From the NCBI GenBank assembly GCA_963803845.1, contig CAWDNZ010000005.1:471484-535483 (forward strand): a stretch of DNA of 64,000 nucleotides, read 5' to 3'. Shown in pieces: positions 32,075 through 41,806 of this stretch. The first letter of the stretch is position 1. Each line of letters opens with the position of its first letter. The position numbers and the translations under genes were made by a program. Below the pieces are notes generated by a model. That model was not told the origin of the DNA, ran no database searches, and saw only the letters and a list, made by a program, of their open reading frames with translations. The DNA is from an uncultured Acidimicrobiales bacterium. Lineage in GTDB: Bacteria > Actinomycetota > Acidimicrobiia > Acidimicrobiales > SZUA-35.

Positions 32075-32092
32075 CTTGCATAATCATTCAAG
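32075..32092. promoter_or_regulatory. ARG box (ArgR operator) candidate in the helicase-argC divergent region
   Basis: cTTGCATAATCATTCAag against the ARG box consensus wnTGAATwwwwATTCAnw has one mismatch in the left arm and one G/C (C) in the central w-tract. It lies about 20 nt upstream of the argC start. Confidence 0.55.
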
Positions 32093-32110
32093 GCGTCGTA
32101 TATTCACCGG

Positions 32111-33187
32111 GTGATCATGCAAGATCTGAGCAGTTCAGCCCAGACGGGATCGTTCTCGGTGGGAATCGTAGGCGCTTCCGGATTCACCGGGACGGAATTG
32201 TTGCGTTTGCTGGCTGCGCACCCACAAATGGGGGCGAAGGTGGCAACCGGTGCGTCCAAGGCGGGTACGAGGGTGGCGGAGTTGTATCCCAGCTTGGCTG
32301 CGGCGTACCCCGCGATGACCTACGACCAGTACGACGCCGATCAACTGGATGGCCTCGACATGATCTTTTGTGGCCTGCCCCATGGCGTGAGCCAGACCGT
32401 GATCCCTGAACTCCGAGGTCGAGTTGGCCACATCGTGGATCTAGGCTCAGACTTCCGCCTGCACGACGCCGCGCTGTACCCCGAGTGGTACGGAGCCGAG
32501 CACGTGATGCCAGCGCTCCTCGACGACTTCGTCTACGGCCTCCCGGAGTTCTTTCGGTCCGATTTGGAGGAGGCCGAATTGATTGCCGCCACAGGGTGCA
32601 ATGCGGCAACGGCCGTCTTCGCCCTCGCACCGCTTCTCCATGCGGGCTTGATCAAACCGCAGGGTTTGATCGCCGACATCGTCACCGGTGTCTCTGGCGC
32701 CGGCAGACCCCCAAAGGAGAACACCACGTTCTGCGCGGTGGATTCCGACATAACCGCCTATGGCCTCTTGCGGCACCGCCATACCCCCGAGATCGAGCAG
32801 GCCCTCGACGATTACACGGGCCTGAACACCTCGGTGCTCTTCACACCGCATTTGGCGCCGCTGAACCGAGGGATCATCGCCACCTGTTATGGCCGCCCAG
32901 CGCGGGAGGGTGTCACCACCGCCGATGCCATCGACGCCATGCACGCCGCCTATGACGATGAGCCCTTCGTGGTGGTGCTCGACGGCTCGCCCAGCGTCAA
33001 GGCCACCCTCGGGGCAAACACGGTCCACGTGACCGCTCGGGCCGATCCCCGTACCGGCCTGGTGATGGGGATTGCGGTTCTGGACAACCTGATGAAAGGT
33101 GCATCGGGAATGGCCGTCCAGAATGCCAACCTTGCACTGGGGATCGACGAGACCCTCGGCCTGCCGATCGTTGGGGTCTACCCATGA
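32111..33187 (+). CDS. argC: N-acetyl-gamma-glutamyl-phosphate reductase
   Basis: VGIVGASGFTGTELLRLL N terminus, catalytic Cys context AATGCNAT, and position in the arg cluster. Confidence 0.9.
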   Translation: MIMQDLSSSAQTGSFSVGIVGASGFTGTELLRLLAAHPQMGAKVATGASKAGTRVAELYPSLAAAYPAMTYDQYDADQLDGLDMIFCGLPHGVSQTVIPELRGRVGHIVDLGSDFRLHDAALYPEWYGAEHVMPALLDDFVYGLPEFFRSDLEEAELIAATGCNAATAVFALAPLLHAGLIKPQGLIADIVTGVSGAGRPPKENTTFCAVDSDITAYGLLRHRHTPEIEQALDDYTGLNTSVLFTPHLAPLNRGIIATCYGRPAREGVTTADAIDAMHAAYDDEPFVVVLDGSPSVKATLGANTVHVTARADPRTGLVMGIAVLDNLMKGASGMAVQNANLALGIDETLGLPIVGVYP

Positions 33188-34383
33188 TCTCCCCGCTGGC
33201 TCCCGATTCATTTCCCGACCTTCCTGGGATCGCAGGGGTGCGCATCGGAACGCTCGCCGCCGGACTGCGCTACCAGGGTCGTCCCGATGTGTTTTTGGCA
33301 GAAGTGGCAGCGGGATCAACCGTTGGCGCCGTCTTCACCACAACCAAATGCCCCTCGGCCCCGGTGGACTGGTGCAAGCACCTGGTGGCCCAGGACGTTG
33401 AGCCGCGAGCGGTTGTTTGCAACGCCGGCAACGCCAACGCATTCACGGGCCGCGCCGGGGTCCACACGATCGAAGAAACGGTTTGCGCTGTCAGCGCCCT
33501 CTTGGGGGTGGCTTCAACGTCGGTGTTTGTGGCCTCCACCGGGGTGATCGGTGAACCGGTGGACGATGCTCAACTGGTGGCCGCCGTCGACGCCGTATCC
33601 GTGGAACCCTCAGGCCATGACGGATGGGCTGCGGCCGCAGATGCAATCCGCACCACCGACACCTTCGCCAAGGCCTCTACCCGCCCGGTTGTCGATGGCG
33701 TGAACATCGTTGGTATCGCCAAGGGGAGCGGGATGATCGCCCCCAACATGGCCACCATGCTGGGGTTCATCTTCACCGACGCCATGGTGTCAACCGATGA
33801 GTTGCAGGCCGCCACTGCGGCCGCCGCAGGCAAGAGTTTCAACCGCATCACGGTGGATTCCGACACCTCCACCAGCGACTCGGTCATCGTTCTGGCCACT
33901 GGTGCCTCCGGCATCACTCCCACCCCCGCAGAATTTTCTGCGGCTCTTGACGCGGTCATGCTGGACCTTGCTCACCAGATCGTGCGCGACGGAGAAGGTG
34001 CCACCAAGTTCATCGAGGTGCAGGTGACCGGGGCCGCGAGTGAGCGGGCCGCCGAGGCGATCGCCCGCTCCATCGCCGACTCCCCGTTGGTCAAGACGGC
34101 GCTCGCCGCAGAGGATGCCAACTGGGGTCGCATCGTGATGGCGGTTGGCAAGTCCGGAGAAGCGGCCGAGCGCGACCAACTTCGCATTCAGATCGGGCCA
34201 GAATTGGTGGCCGACGGTGGCGTTGTTCACCCCAATTACTCAGAGGACCGGGCAACCGATCACCTTCGGGGGGCCAACGTAGCTCTCGCCGTCGACGTTG
34301 GTGTGGGAACCGGTACGGCCACCGTGTGGACCTGTGATCTGACCCATGGCTACATCGACATCAACGCTGGATACCGCTCATGA
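33184..34383 (+). CDS. argJ: bifunctional glutamate N-acetyltransferase / amino-acid acetyltransferase
   Basis: GIAKGSGMIAPNMATMLGFIFTDA contains the ArgJ autoprocessing site (ATML). Confidence 0.9.
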   Translation: MISPLAPDSFPDLPGIAGVRIGTLAAGLRYQGRPDVFLAEVAAGSTVGAVFTTTKCPSAPVDWCKHLVAQDVEPRAVVCNAGNANAFTGRAGVHTIEETVCAVSALLGVASTSVFVASTGVIGEPVDDAQLVAAVDAVSVEPSGHDGWAAAADAIRTTDTFAKASTRPVVDGVNIVGIAKGSGMIAPNMATMLGFIFTDAMVSTDELQAATAAAAGKSFNRITVDSDTSTSDSVIVLATGASGITPTPAEFSAALDAVMLDLAHQIVRDGEGATKFIEVQVTGAASERAAEAIARSIADSPLVKTALAAEDANWGRIVMAVGKSGEAAERDQLRIQIGPELVADGGVVHPNYSEDRATDHLRGANVALAVDVGVGTGTATVWTCDLTHGYIDINAGYRS

Positions 34384-35336
34384 CCAACACAGAGTCACCC
34401 CCACCTACCACCGACACCGAAGATGTGATCGCCCTCCGGGGTTTCAGTCCCGAGCAGCGGGCCGGAGCATTGATCGAGGCGTTGCCCTACATTCAGCGGT
34501 TCCGGGACGCGATTGTGGTGGTGAAACTTGGCGGCAACGCCATGGTTGACGCGGACCTCTTCCGAACGTTCGCGGAGGACATCGTGCTGCTTCGGTCGGT
34601 TGGGCTGCAGCCGGTGGTGGTACATGGCGGCGGGCCCCAGATCGGAGCGCTTCTGAAACGGCTGGGCAAGGAATCGGAGTTTCGGGATGGCCTGCGGGTC
34701 ACCGACGCCGAGACGCTCGACGTGGCCCGGATGGTGCTGGTGGGCAAGGTCGGTCGTGACATCGTTGCGGCTCTCAACACCCAGGGTGCGGCTGCCGTTG
34801 GGATTTCGGGCGAAGATGCCGGCCTGATACTCGCCGCCGCCCGCAATCCGGATCTCGGGTTTGTTGGTGACGTCGTAGACGTGAAGGTCGACATCATCCA
34901 ACGACTGCTCCACGAACGGTTCATCCCGGTGGTCAGCACCATCGGTTCCGACGGCAAGGGCCAGGCGTACAACATCAACGCCGACTCTGTGGCGGCGGCC
35001 CTGGCCGGGGCGCTGGAGGCGGAGAAAGTGATCTACCTCACCGACATCGCCGGCTTGATGCTGGATGTCAACGATCCTGCCTCGATCATCCCTCGAACCA
35101 CTGTTTCCCACCTCGAAGAATTGCGGCAAGCGGGGGTGATCGGCGGTGGCATGGTCCCCAAGATCCAGGCCTGCATCGACGCGGTCAACGACGGTGCCGG
35201 AAGCGCACATATGCTCGATGGACGAATCCCCCATGTCTTGTTGTTGGAGCTTTTCACCGACGCCGGTATCGGCACCATGGTGACCTCCGACGATGCCCCC
35301 GAACCACTCTCCGATCACCACCACGAGGTTTCTTGA
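34380..35336 (+). CDS. argB: acetylglutamate kinase
   Basis: VVKLGGNAM, VVVHGGGPQI, and YNINADSVAAALAGAL motifs. Confidence 0.9.
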   Translation: MTNTESPPPTTDTEDVIALRGFSPEQRAGALIEALPYIQRFRDAIVVVKLGGNAMVDADLFRTFAEDIVLLRSVGLQPVVVHGGGPQIGALLKRLGKESEFRDGLRVTDAETLDVARMVLVGKVGRDIVAALNTQGAAAVGISGEDAGLILAAARNPDLGFVGDVVDVKVDIIQRLLHERFIPVVSTIGSDGKGQAYNINADSVAAALAGALEAEKVIYLTDIAGLMLDVNDPASIIPRTTVSHLEELRQAGVIGGGMVPKIQACIDAVNDGAGSAHMLDGRIPHVLLLELFTDAGIGTMVTSDDAPEPLSDHHHEVS

Positions 35337-35339
35337 CCC

Positions 35340-36590
35340 ATGATTGCTTCCAGCGAAACCGAAGAGGTGAACCCGGCCGTCCTTGCTCACCAGAAGGCGG
35401 TTGGGGCCGCCGACGAGCTCACAATGTGCCCGGTGATGCCAACCTACGGGCCGGTCTCGGTGATGATGGTCAAGGGCGCCGGCAGCGAGCTCTGGGATGC
35501 GAATGGAAAACGCTACATCGACTGGCTGGCGGGCATCGCCGTCTGCTCGCTTGGCCATTCCCATCCGGTGGTGGCCGACGCCATTGCAGCCCAGGCCAAG
35601 AAACTCCTGCATGTCTCCAACCTCTTCGCCACCGAGCACCAAGGACCTGTCTCCAACCTCATTTCCCAGATGGTCGGTCGGCCCGGTCAGGTGTTCTTCG
35701 CCAACTCTGGTGCTGAGGCCAACGAGGCCGCACTGAAGCTGGCCCGCAAGTGGGGTGGCCGTGGGAGACACAAGGTTGTCTGTGCCTATCAGAGCTTCCA
35801 TGGCCGCACGCTGAATACCCTCGCCGCCACCGGCCAACCCGCAAAATGGGAAGCATTCCAGCCGCTCCCAGAAGGTTTCAAGCATGCGGTCTGGGCCGAC
35901 ATCGACGACCTCGAACGGCAGCTGGATGACACCGTGGCCGCGATTCTGCTGGAGCCAGTGCAGGGCGAAGGCGGTGTCAATCCGGCGTCGGTCGAATACT
36001 TCGCAGCCGTGCGCCGCATGTGCGATGAGCGGGGCCTCCTGTTCATCGTGGATGAGGTGCAAGCGGGATTGGGCCGAACCGGCAAGTGGTTCGGTTTCCA
36101 ACACTTCTTTCCTGAGGGAGAGGGTCCCGACGTGATCACCATTGCCAAGGCGCTGGGCAATGGTGTGCCAATCGGGGCATGTTGGGCCACTCCCACGGCG
36201 GCCGCCGCGTTCGAGAGGGGTGACCATGCAACAACTTTCGGCGGTCAACCGATCGCAACGTCGGCGGCGCGTGCCACTCTCGAGACGATGATCGCAATCG
36301 ACGCGCCGGCTATGGCTGCCCAAAAGGCCGAGAAACTCGTAGCCGCCGTTTCGGTGATCGAGGGGGTGGTTGGAACCCGTGGGTTGGGTCTGCTCATGGC
36401 GGTCGAGTTAGCCGAAGGGATCGACGCTGCTGCGGTGGCGGCTGAATGCCTTCGGCAGGGACTGGTGCTGAACGCTGTCACTGGCTCGGCCTTGCGGCTG
36501 ACCCCGCCGATCACCATTCCCGATGAGCTCATCGCCGAAGGTGCCCAGATCTTGGCCAGCGTGATCGAGACTGTGAAAGCGGGCCAATGA
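35340..36590 (+). CDS. argD: acetylornithine aminotransferase
   Basis: Class-III aminotransferase features: FFANSGAEANEAALKLARK, DEVQAGLGRTG, and PLP-lysine context ITIAKALGNG. Confidence 0.9.
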   Translation: MIASSETEEVNPAVLAHQKAVGAADELTMCPVMPTYGPVSVMMVKGAGSELWDANGKRYIDWLAGIAVCSLGHSHPVVADAIAAQAKKLLHVSNLFATEHQGPVSNLISQMVGRPGQVFFANSGAEANEAALKLARKWGGRGRHKVVCAYQSFHGRTLNTLAATGQPAKWEAFQPLPEGFKHAVWADIDDLERQLDDTVAAILLEPVQGEGGVNPASVEYFAAVRRMCDERGLLFIVDEVQAGLGRTGKWFGFQHFFPEGEGPDVITIAKALGNGVPIGACWATPTAAAAFERGDHATTFGGQPIATSAARATLETMIAIDAPAMAAQKAEKLVAAVSVIEGVVGTRGLGLLMAVELAEGIDAAAVAAECLRQGLVLNAVTGSALRLTPPITIPDELIAEGAQILASVIETVKAGQ

Positions 36591-37492
36591 AACACATATT
36601 GGAAATCGACGACCTGACCACCGATGGCCTGCGAAACATCGTGGACCACTCCCGCAAACCACTGGCCGACCTCGGCCGACCCTTGGAAGGACAGGGGGTG
36701 GCCTGCTATTTCGCCAAGCAGTCGGCCCGTACCCGCAACTCCACCGAAATGGCGGTGGTGCAACTGGGTGGTCACCCTGTCTACATCACCGACGACGAGG
36801 TCAGCCTGGGCAAGCGTGAGTCGGTCGCCGACGTCACCAGAACCTTCGCCTGCTATCACCGAATTCTCTGCGCACGCGTGTATGCCCACGAGGTTGTGGA
36901 AGAGATGGCGGCCCTCAACGTGCTGCCGATCATCAACCTGCTGTCCGACGCCGCCCACCCGCTGCAGGCCATCGCCGACGTGCTCACCATCATCGACGAG
37001 TTCGGCACGGTGGAGGGCAAGGTGGTCACCTACGTCGGCGACGCCAACAACGTGACTCGATCCCTGGCGCTAGCCGTTGGCATGCTGGGCGGCGAGGTCC
37101 GAGTGGTAACGCCGCCGGGCCAGAAGTTCTCCGAGCTGGATGCCGACCGGATCCGGGCCGCCGGCGTTGAGTTCACCGCCAGCGACCGAGTGAGCGACAT
37201 GGTTCCCGGCTCGGACGTGATCTACAACGACACGTGGATTTCCATGGGTGAGGAAGACATTCGCCAGGAGAAGCTGAAAGCTTTCGAGGGTTTCCAGGTG
37301 ACCTCCGATCTCTTGAACCTCGCCCCAGAAGCGATCTTCATGCACTGCCTTCCCGCCCATCGGGGTGAGGAGGTCACCGACGAGGTTCTCGACGGACCCC
37401 GCAGCCGGATCTGGGCCCAAGCTGCCAACCGTTTGAACGCTGCCCGGGGCGCCCTTTGGTTCCTCGCCACCCATCCGTCCAATCAGCCATGA
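36587..37492 (+). CDS. argF: ornithine carbamoyltransferase
   Basis: SARTRNSTE (STRTR-type), HPLQAIAD, and HCLPAHRGEEV motifs. Confidence 0.9.
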   Translation: MKHILEIDDLTTDGLRNIVDHSRKPLADLGRPLEGQGVACYFAKQSARTRNSTEMAVVQLGGHPVYITDDEVSLGKRESVADVTRTFACYHRILCARVYAHEVVEEMAALNVLPIINLLSDAAHPLQAIADVLTIIDEFGTVEGKVVTYVGDANNVTRSLALAVGMLGGEVRVVTPPGQKFSELDADRIRAAGVEFTASDRVSDMVPGSDVIYNDTWISMGEEDIRQEKLKAFEGFQVTSDLLNLAPEAIFMHCLPAHRGEEVTDEVLDGPRSRIWAQAANRLNAARGALWFLATHPSNQP

Positions 37493-37508
37493 AGTCCGAG
37501 ACCTGCCG

Positions 37509-37994
37509 ATGAGCCTCTCCAAGACCCAGCGTCAACACCGGATTGGGCGCATTCTCGATTCTCACGCGGTGTCCAGTCAGGCCCGGTTGGTGGATCTGCT
37601 GGCCCAGACCGAAAACATCGTGGCAACTCAGGCCACGGTGTCCAGAGATCTGGATGAGATGGGCGCCGTCAAGGTTCGCATAGCCGGAGGGGCCTCGGTC
37701 TACGCCGTCCCGGAACACCCGGCCGATCAGCACGCCCCGGAAGATCATCTTCGACGTCTCATGGGGGAGTGGGTGGTCGAGGCCGATCGCTCCGGCGACC
37801 TCGTGGTACTGAGAACCCCGCCGGGATCCGCCCACGTGGTGGCCTCGGCGTTGGACCGATCCGGCGTGGCAAATGTCATCGGTACGGTGGCGGGCGACGA
37901 CACCCTCCTCATCATCAGCGCCGCAGGTCGCGGCGCCCACGTTCTGGCCCACCTTTCCGACCTCAGCGGGCTGGATGATTCGAAAACCAGATAG
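37509..37994 (+). CDS. argR: arginine repressor
   Basis: QARLVDLLAQTENIVATQATVSRDLDEMGAVK wHTH and C-terminal GTVAGDDTLLII oligomerisation motif. Confidence 0.9.
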   Translation: MSLSKTQRQHRIGRILDSHAVSSQARLVDLLAQTENIVATQATVSRDLDEMGAVKVRIAGGASVYAVPEHPADQHAPEDHLRRLMGEWVVEADRSGDLVVLRTPPGSAHVVASALDRSGVANVIGTVAGDDTLLIISAAGRGAHVLAHLSDLSGLDDSKTR

Positions 37995-38003
37995 GAAACA
38001 GTT

Positions 38004-39236
38004 GTGAGCAAGACAGATGTAAATCGCGTGGTCCTGGCCTATTCCGGGGGGCTTGACACCTCGGTGATCCTTCAGTGGTTGAAGGACGAATACGAGTGCG
38101 AGGTGGTGACCTTCACCGCCGATCTCGGCCAGGGCGAGGAGCTCGAACCAGCTCGGGCCAAAGCGGTGGAAATGGGCGTCCCCGACGAACATATCTACAT
38201 CGACGATCTCCGCGAAGAGTTCGTGTCCGATTTCGTGTTCCCTATGTTCCGGGCCAACACGATCTACGAAGGCGAGTACTTGCTGGGCACCTCGATCGCC
38301 CGGCCACTCATCGCTAAACGGCTCGTTGAGATCGCCCGAGAGACCAAGGCCGACGCCATCAGCCATGGCGCCACCGGCAAGGGAAATGACCAGGTCCGTT
38401 TCGAGCTCGGCGCCTACGCCCTGGAGCCCGGAATCAAGATCATCGCCCCATGGCGAGAGTGGGACCTGTTGTCTCGCGAGAAGCTGTTGGCGTATGCCGC
38501 CGATCGCAAGATCCCGATCGAGATGAGCCATGGCTCCAAGAGCCCGTTCAGCATGGATGCCAACATGTTGCACATCTCCTACGAAGGCGGTCCGTTGGAG
38601 AACCCTTGGACCGAACCACCGGCGGAGATGTGGCGTTGGTCGGTGTCGGCCGAGGCGGCCCCCAACGAGGCCACCTATATCGAACTTACCTATGCCCACG
38701 GCGACATCGTGGCGATCGATGGTCAGTCCATGACGCCATCTGAGGTTCTGCTCTATCTCAATGAGGTAGGCGGCGCCAACGGCGTCGGCCGGCTGGACAT
38801 TGTGGAGAACCGGTACGTGGGAATGAAGAGCCGCGGGGCCTACGAAACACCGGGGGGCACGATCATGATGCGGGCCCACCGCGCCATTGAGAGCATCACC
38901 CTGGACCGGGAGGTGGCCCATCTCAAGGACGAACTCATGCCTCGGTACGCCACGTTGGTGTACAACGGCTACTGGTGGAGCCCGGAGCGGCTCATGTTGC
39001 AGACCGCGATCGATCACAGCCAAGCTCACGTGAACGGCGACGTCCGAGTGAAGCTCTACAAGGGCAACGTGGAAATCACGGGACGACGATCCAACGACTC
39101 GCTCTTCGACCAGAACATCGCCACCTTCGAAGATGACGGCGGTGCCTACAACCAGGCCGACGCCGAAGGTTTCATCAAACTCAACGCCCTCCGCCTCCGC
39201 ACCCTCGCCACCAAACGCGGCGGCCAGCCCACTTGA
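38004..39236 (+). CDS. argG: argininosuccinate synthase
   Basis: [29 protein letters not shown], and [19 protein letters not shown] motifs. GTG start. Confidence 0.9.
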   Translation: MSKTDVNRVVLAYSGGLDTSVILQWLKDEYECEVVTFTADLGQGEELEPARAKAVEMGVPDEHIYIDDLREEFVSDFVFPMFRANTIYEGEYLLGTSIARPLIAKRLVEIARETKADAISHGATGKGNDQVRFELGAYALEPGIKIIAPWREWDLLSREKLLAYAADRKIPIEMSHGSKSPFSMDANMLHISYEGGPLENPWTEPPAEMWRWSVSAEAAPNEATYIELTYAHGDIVAIDGQSMTPSEVLLYLNEVGGANGVGRLDIVENRYVGMKSRGAYETPGGTIMMRAHRAIESITLDREVAHLKDELMPRYATLVYNGYWWSPERLMLQTAIDHSQAHVNGDVRVKLYKGNVEITGRRSNDSLFDQNIATFEDDGGAYNQADAEGFIKLNALRLRTLATKRGGQPT

Positions 39237-39480
39237 GTAAATTGATTGCGTCCGCTCACGAAGCCTGGATTCTCCCCTCCAGGGGGGCCGTTCCATCGCC
39301 ACGGAGGCGCCGCCTCCGGGCCCAACACAAAATCTCGCTTTACCCTTCGCCCTTCACACCGCAACGCCCTCGCTGGAGGCGACAAGCACAGGCTTCGTGG
39401 GTTCGCGCAATCATGACACCCACGCGCTCAGGCCGGCGGGCCACTTGCTTGACATCACCGCAGAACGAAGGAGCTGGACG

Positions 39481-40869
39481 ATGACAGATCGATCGCAGCT
39501 CTGGGCTGGGAGGTTTGATGGGGGGCCGGCGGAGGCGCTACAGCGACTAAACGACAGCCTCCCGTTCGATCGCCGCATGTTCGCTCAGGACATCGAGGGC
39601 TCGAGGGCCCATGTGAAGATGCTGGCGGAAGTGGGGATTCTCACCACCGAGGAAGCGTCCGAGATCCTCGCTGCTCTTGATCAGGTGGAGGACGAAATGG
39701 CCTCCGGTCGATTCGAACCGACGGCCGGGGATGAGGACATTCACACCGCGGTCGAACGCCGGGTCACCGAGATCGCTCCCGAGGCCGGAGGCAAGATCCA
39801 CACGGGTCGGAGCCGCAATGATCAGGTGGCAACCGATCTCCGGCTGTGGACAAAACGGGAGTTGCGCGAACTCGCCCAACTAGTAGTCCAGTTTCAGGCC
39901 ACACTGCTGGCCCGGGCCGAAGAGGTGGGCGACGCCTACTTGCCGGCCTACACCCATCTCCAGCAGGCTCAACCGGTCACGTTGGCCCACCACCTCCTGG
40001 CCCACTGCTGGGCCCTTGCCCGCGATGTGGACCGCCTTCTTCAAACCATCGAGCGGGTGGATGTCTCTCCTTTGGGGGCTGGCGCTCTTGCTGGGTCTTC
40101 CCTCCCGCTGGACCCGGTACGAACTGCGGAGCTTCTGGGCTTCGGTGGCGTGTTCGACAACTCGCTGGATGCCGTGAGCGACCGTGATTTCGTGGCCGAA
40201 GCGCTCTTCGATCTCTCGCTGCTCGGTGTCCACCTCAGCCGAATCGGGGAGGAGCTGATCTTGTGGGCCACCACCGAGTTTGGATTCGTCTCTCTCGACG
40301 ATGCCTTTAGCACCGGTTCGTCGATGATGCCCCAGAAGAAGAACCCCGATATTGCCGAATTGGCCCGGGGCAAGGCCGGCCGTTTGATCGGTCACCTCAC
40401 CGGCTTTCTCGCCACTCTCAAGGGATTGCCGCTCACGTATAACAAGGATCTTCAAGAGGACAAGGAGCCGCTGTTTGACAGCTGTGACACGGTCCGGCTC
40501 ACGCTTCTGGCGCTCGATGGGATGGTCAGCACGCTGGTCTTCAACACCGATGCCATGGCCGCCCAGGCCGACAACCCATTTGCGGCGGCCACCGATCTGG
40601 CCGAGTTCCTTGTGAAGAAGGGCATGCCGTTTCGAAGCGCCCATCACGTTGTGGGGTCGCTGGTGCGGGCGGCGTTGGCCGGTGAGGGATCGCTCCCCGA
40701 TCTTGTGGCCGCTCACGATGAACTCGGCCCCGACGCTGCGGTCCTCATGCTGCCGGGCGCATCCATGGCCAACCGGACCACCCGGGGGAGCGGTGGACCG
40801 GCCGCTACGGCCGAAGAACTCGAGCGATTTCGCCGTGCGCATGCAGGGCTCTCGGCGGCCGTTCGCTAA
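39481..40869 (+). CDS. argH: argininosuccinate lyase
   Basis: LWAGRFDGGP N terminus, HTGRSRNDQVATDLRLW, and GSSMMPQKKNPDIAEL signature. GAAGGAG RBS before ATG 39481; the ORF track opens at 39397. Confidence 0.9.
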   Translation: MTDRSQLWAGRFDGGPAEALQRLNDSLPFDRRMFAQDIEGSRAHVKMLAEVGILTTEEASEILAALDQVEDEMASGRFEPTAGDEDIHTAVERRVTEIAPEAGGKIHTGRSRNDQVATDLRLWTKRELRELAQLVVQFQATLLARAEEVGDAYLPAYTHLQQAQPVTLAHHLLAHCWALARDVDRLLQTIERVDVSPLGAGALAGSSLPLDPVRTAELLGFGGVFDNSLDAVSDRDFVAEALFDLSLLGVHLSRIGEELILWATTEFGFVSLDDAFSTGSSMMPQKKNPDIAELARGKAGRLIGHLTGFLATLKGLPLTYNKDLQEDKEPLFDSCDTVRLTLLALDGMVSTLVFNTDAMAAQADNPFAAATDLAEFLVKKGMPFRSAHHVVGSLVRAALAGEGSLPDLVAAHDELGPDAAVLMLPGASMANRTTRGSGGPAATAEELERFRRAHAGLSAAVR

Positions 40870-40909
40870 TTGGCTCGACAGCTGACGGTGATCGTCGGAC
40901 AATACGTTC

Positions 40910-41446
40910 ATGGATCCATCACCTCGGAGCATCCCGGACCGGATCGAGGTGGGCTCGCTCGTGCTCGTCCGGCCGCAGCCAGCTGATTGCGATGAGCTGG
41001 TGGCCGCGTTGTCGGAGAGCGACGAGATCGCCCGGTGGACCCGGATTCCCTACCCCTACCGGCCGGAGCACTTCGATGCCTGGCTGGCCAGGGACAGTCA
41101 CAGTTATCTGATCCGGACCGAAGGTCGAATCATCGGCACGACCGGGGCGGGTGTTGATCCGGCCACCGCCACGGCCGAATTGGGTTACTGGATTGCGCCA
41201 TACGCGCGGGGTGCTGGCCATGCTGTAACGGCCGCCCGGGCGGTGTGTGCGCTGGCATTCGATCGGGGGGCGCTGCGGATCTCTGCCAGCGTGATCGTTG
41301 GCAACCTCCCATCCAGCGCCGTCTTGGATCGTTTGGGGTTTACGCTTGAGGGGGTGCAGCGTTCGGTGCATTCAGTCAACTGTGAGGTCAACCCTGAGCG
41401 GGTCGATCTCCAGATGTGGTCACTGCTTCCGGGCGAGTTGACCTGA
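40910..41446 (+). CDS. GNAT-family N-acetyltransferase (RimJ/RimL-like)
   Basis: ELGYWIAPYARGAGHAVTAARAVCALAFD and NLPSSAVLDRLGFTLEG are typical of Acetyltransf_3. Confidence 0.75.
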   Translation: MDPSPRSIPDRIEVGSLVLVRPQPADCDELVAALSESDEIARWTRIPYPYRPEHFDAWLARDSHSYLIRTEGRIIGTTGAGVDPATATAELGYWIAPYARGAGHAVTAARAVCALAFDRGALRISASVIVGNLPSSAVLDRLGFTLEGVQRSVHSVNCEVNPERVDLQMWSLLPGELT

Positions 41447-41518
41447 ACCACCGCAAATCCGGAGCGTTCGGTGCCCTGGAGGGCACTAAGTGCCCCGGAT
41501 TACAGCGATACTTGCTCC

Positions 41519-41755
41519 ATGCCTAGCTGGCTTCTGATGTCGCTCATCCTGTCCGTCGGCCTGACGGTTCTTCTGAATGCCTTGCCCCGGTTGTTCCCAG
41601 GCGCATATGCCCGCATACAGGAGAAGTTGACCGAGCAGGTGCAGCGATCTGACAAAGACGGTCCCAGCGTGCGCTTGTTCTTTCCATGGAAGTTCATGCT
41701 GATCGGCTCGATCGCCTTGACCGTCCTGCTCAACATGCTCAACCTGCTCAGGTAG
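41519..41755 (+). CDS. small two-TM membrane protein (DUF2905-like)
   Basis: 78 aa from ATG 41519. Two hydrophobic helices flank a charged loop, and the FFPWKFMLIGSIALTVLLNML tail resembles DUF2905. Confidence 0.4.
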   Translation: MPSWLLMSLILSVGLTVLLNALPRLFPGAYARIQEKLTEQVQRSDKDGPSVRLFFPWKFMLIGSIALTVLLNMLNLLR

Positions 41756-41806
41756 GGTTCGCTTCTTCCGTTATATAGAACTAAATACACTACTTGAGAT
41801 CTGGAG

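Noticed and set aside
31951-32091. N-terminal extension of the helicase-like ORF to 32091. Similar long-start calls occur for glgX to 44876, hup to 24024, USP from 26697, argH from 39397 and mpg from 52357.
   Set aside because: The extensions have no family similarity, overlap regulatory sequence (the ARG box) or neighbouring genes, and better internal starts with RBS-like purine tracts or canonical N termini exist.
34395-36323. 642-aa ORF antisense to argB/argD
   Set aside because: It is Arg/Gly/His/Pro-rich and low in complexity, and it lies opposite two genes with unmistakable ArgB/ArgD motifs. This is a typical high-GC shadow ORF.
37374-39302. 642-aa ORF antisense to argR/argG
   Set aside because: Same reasoning: the sense-strand genes have strong family signatures and the antisense product has shadow-ORF composition. 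Its length matching the other 642-aa ORF appears coincidental.
39706-39722. T-arm-like GGTCGATTCGAACCGAC
   Set aside because: It lies inside the well-supported argH coding sequence (SGRFEPTAG) and there is no surrounding tRNA structure.
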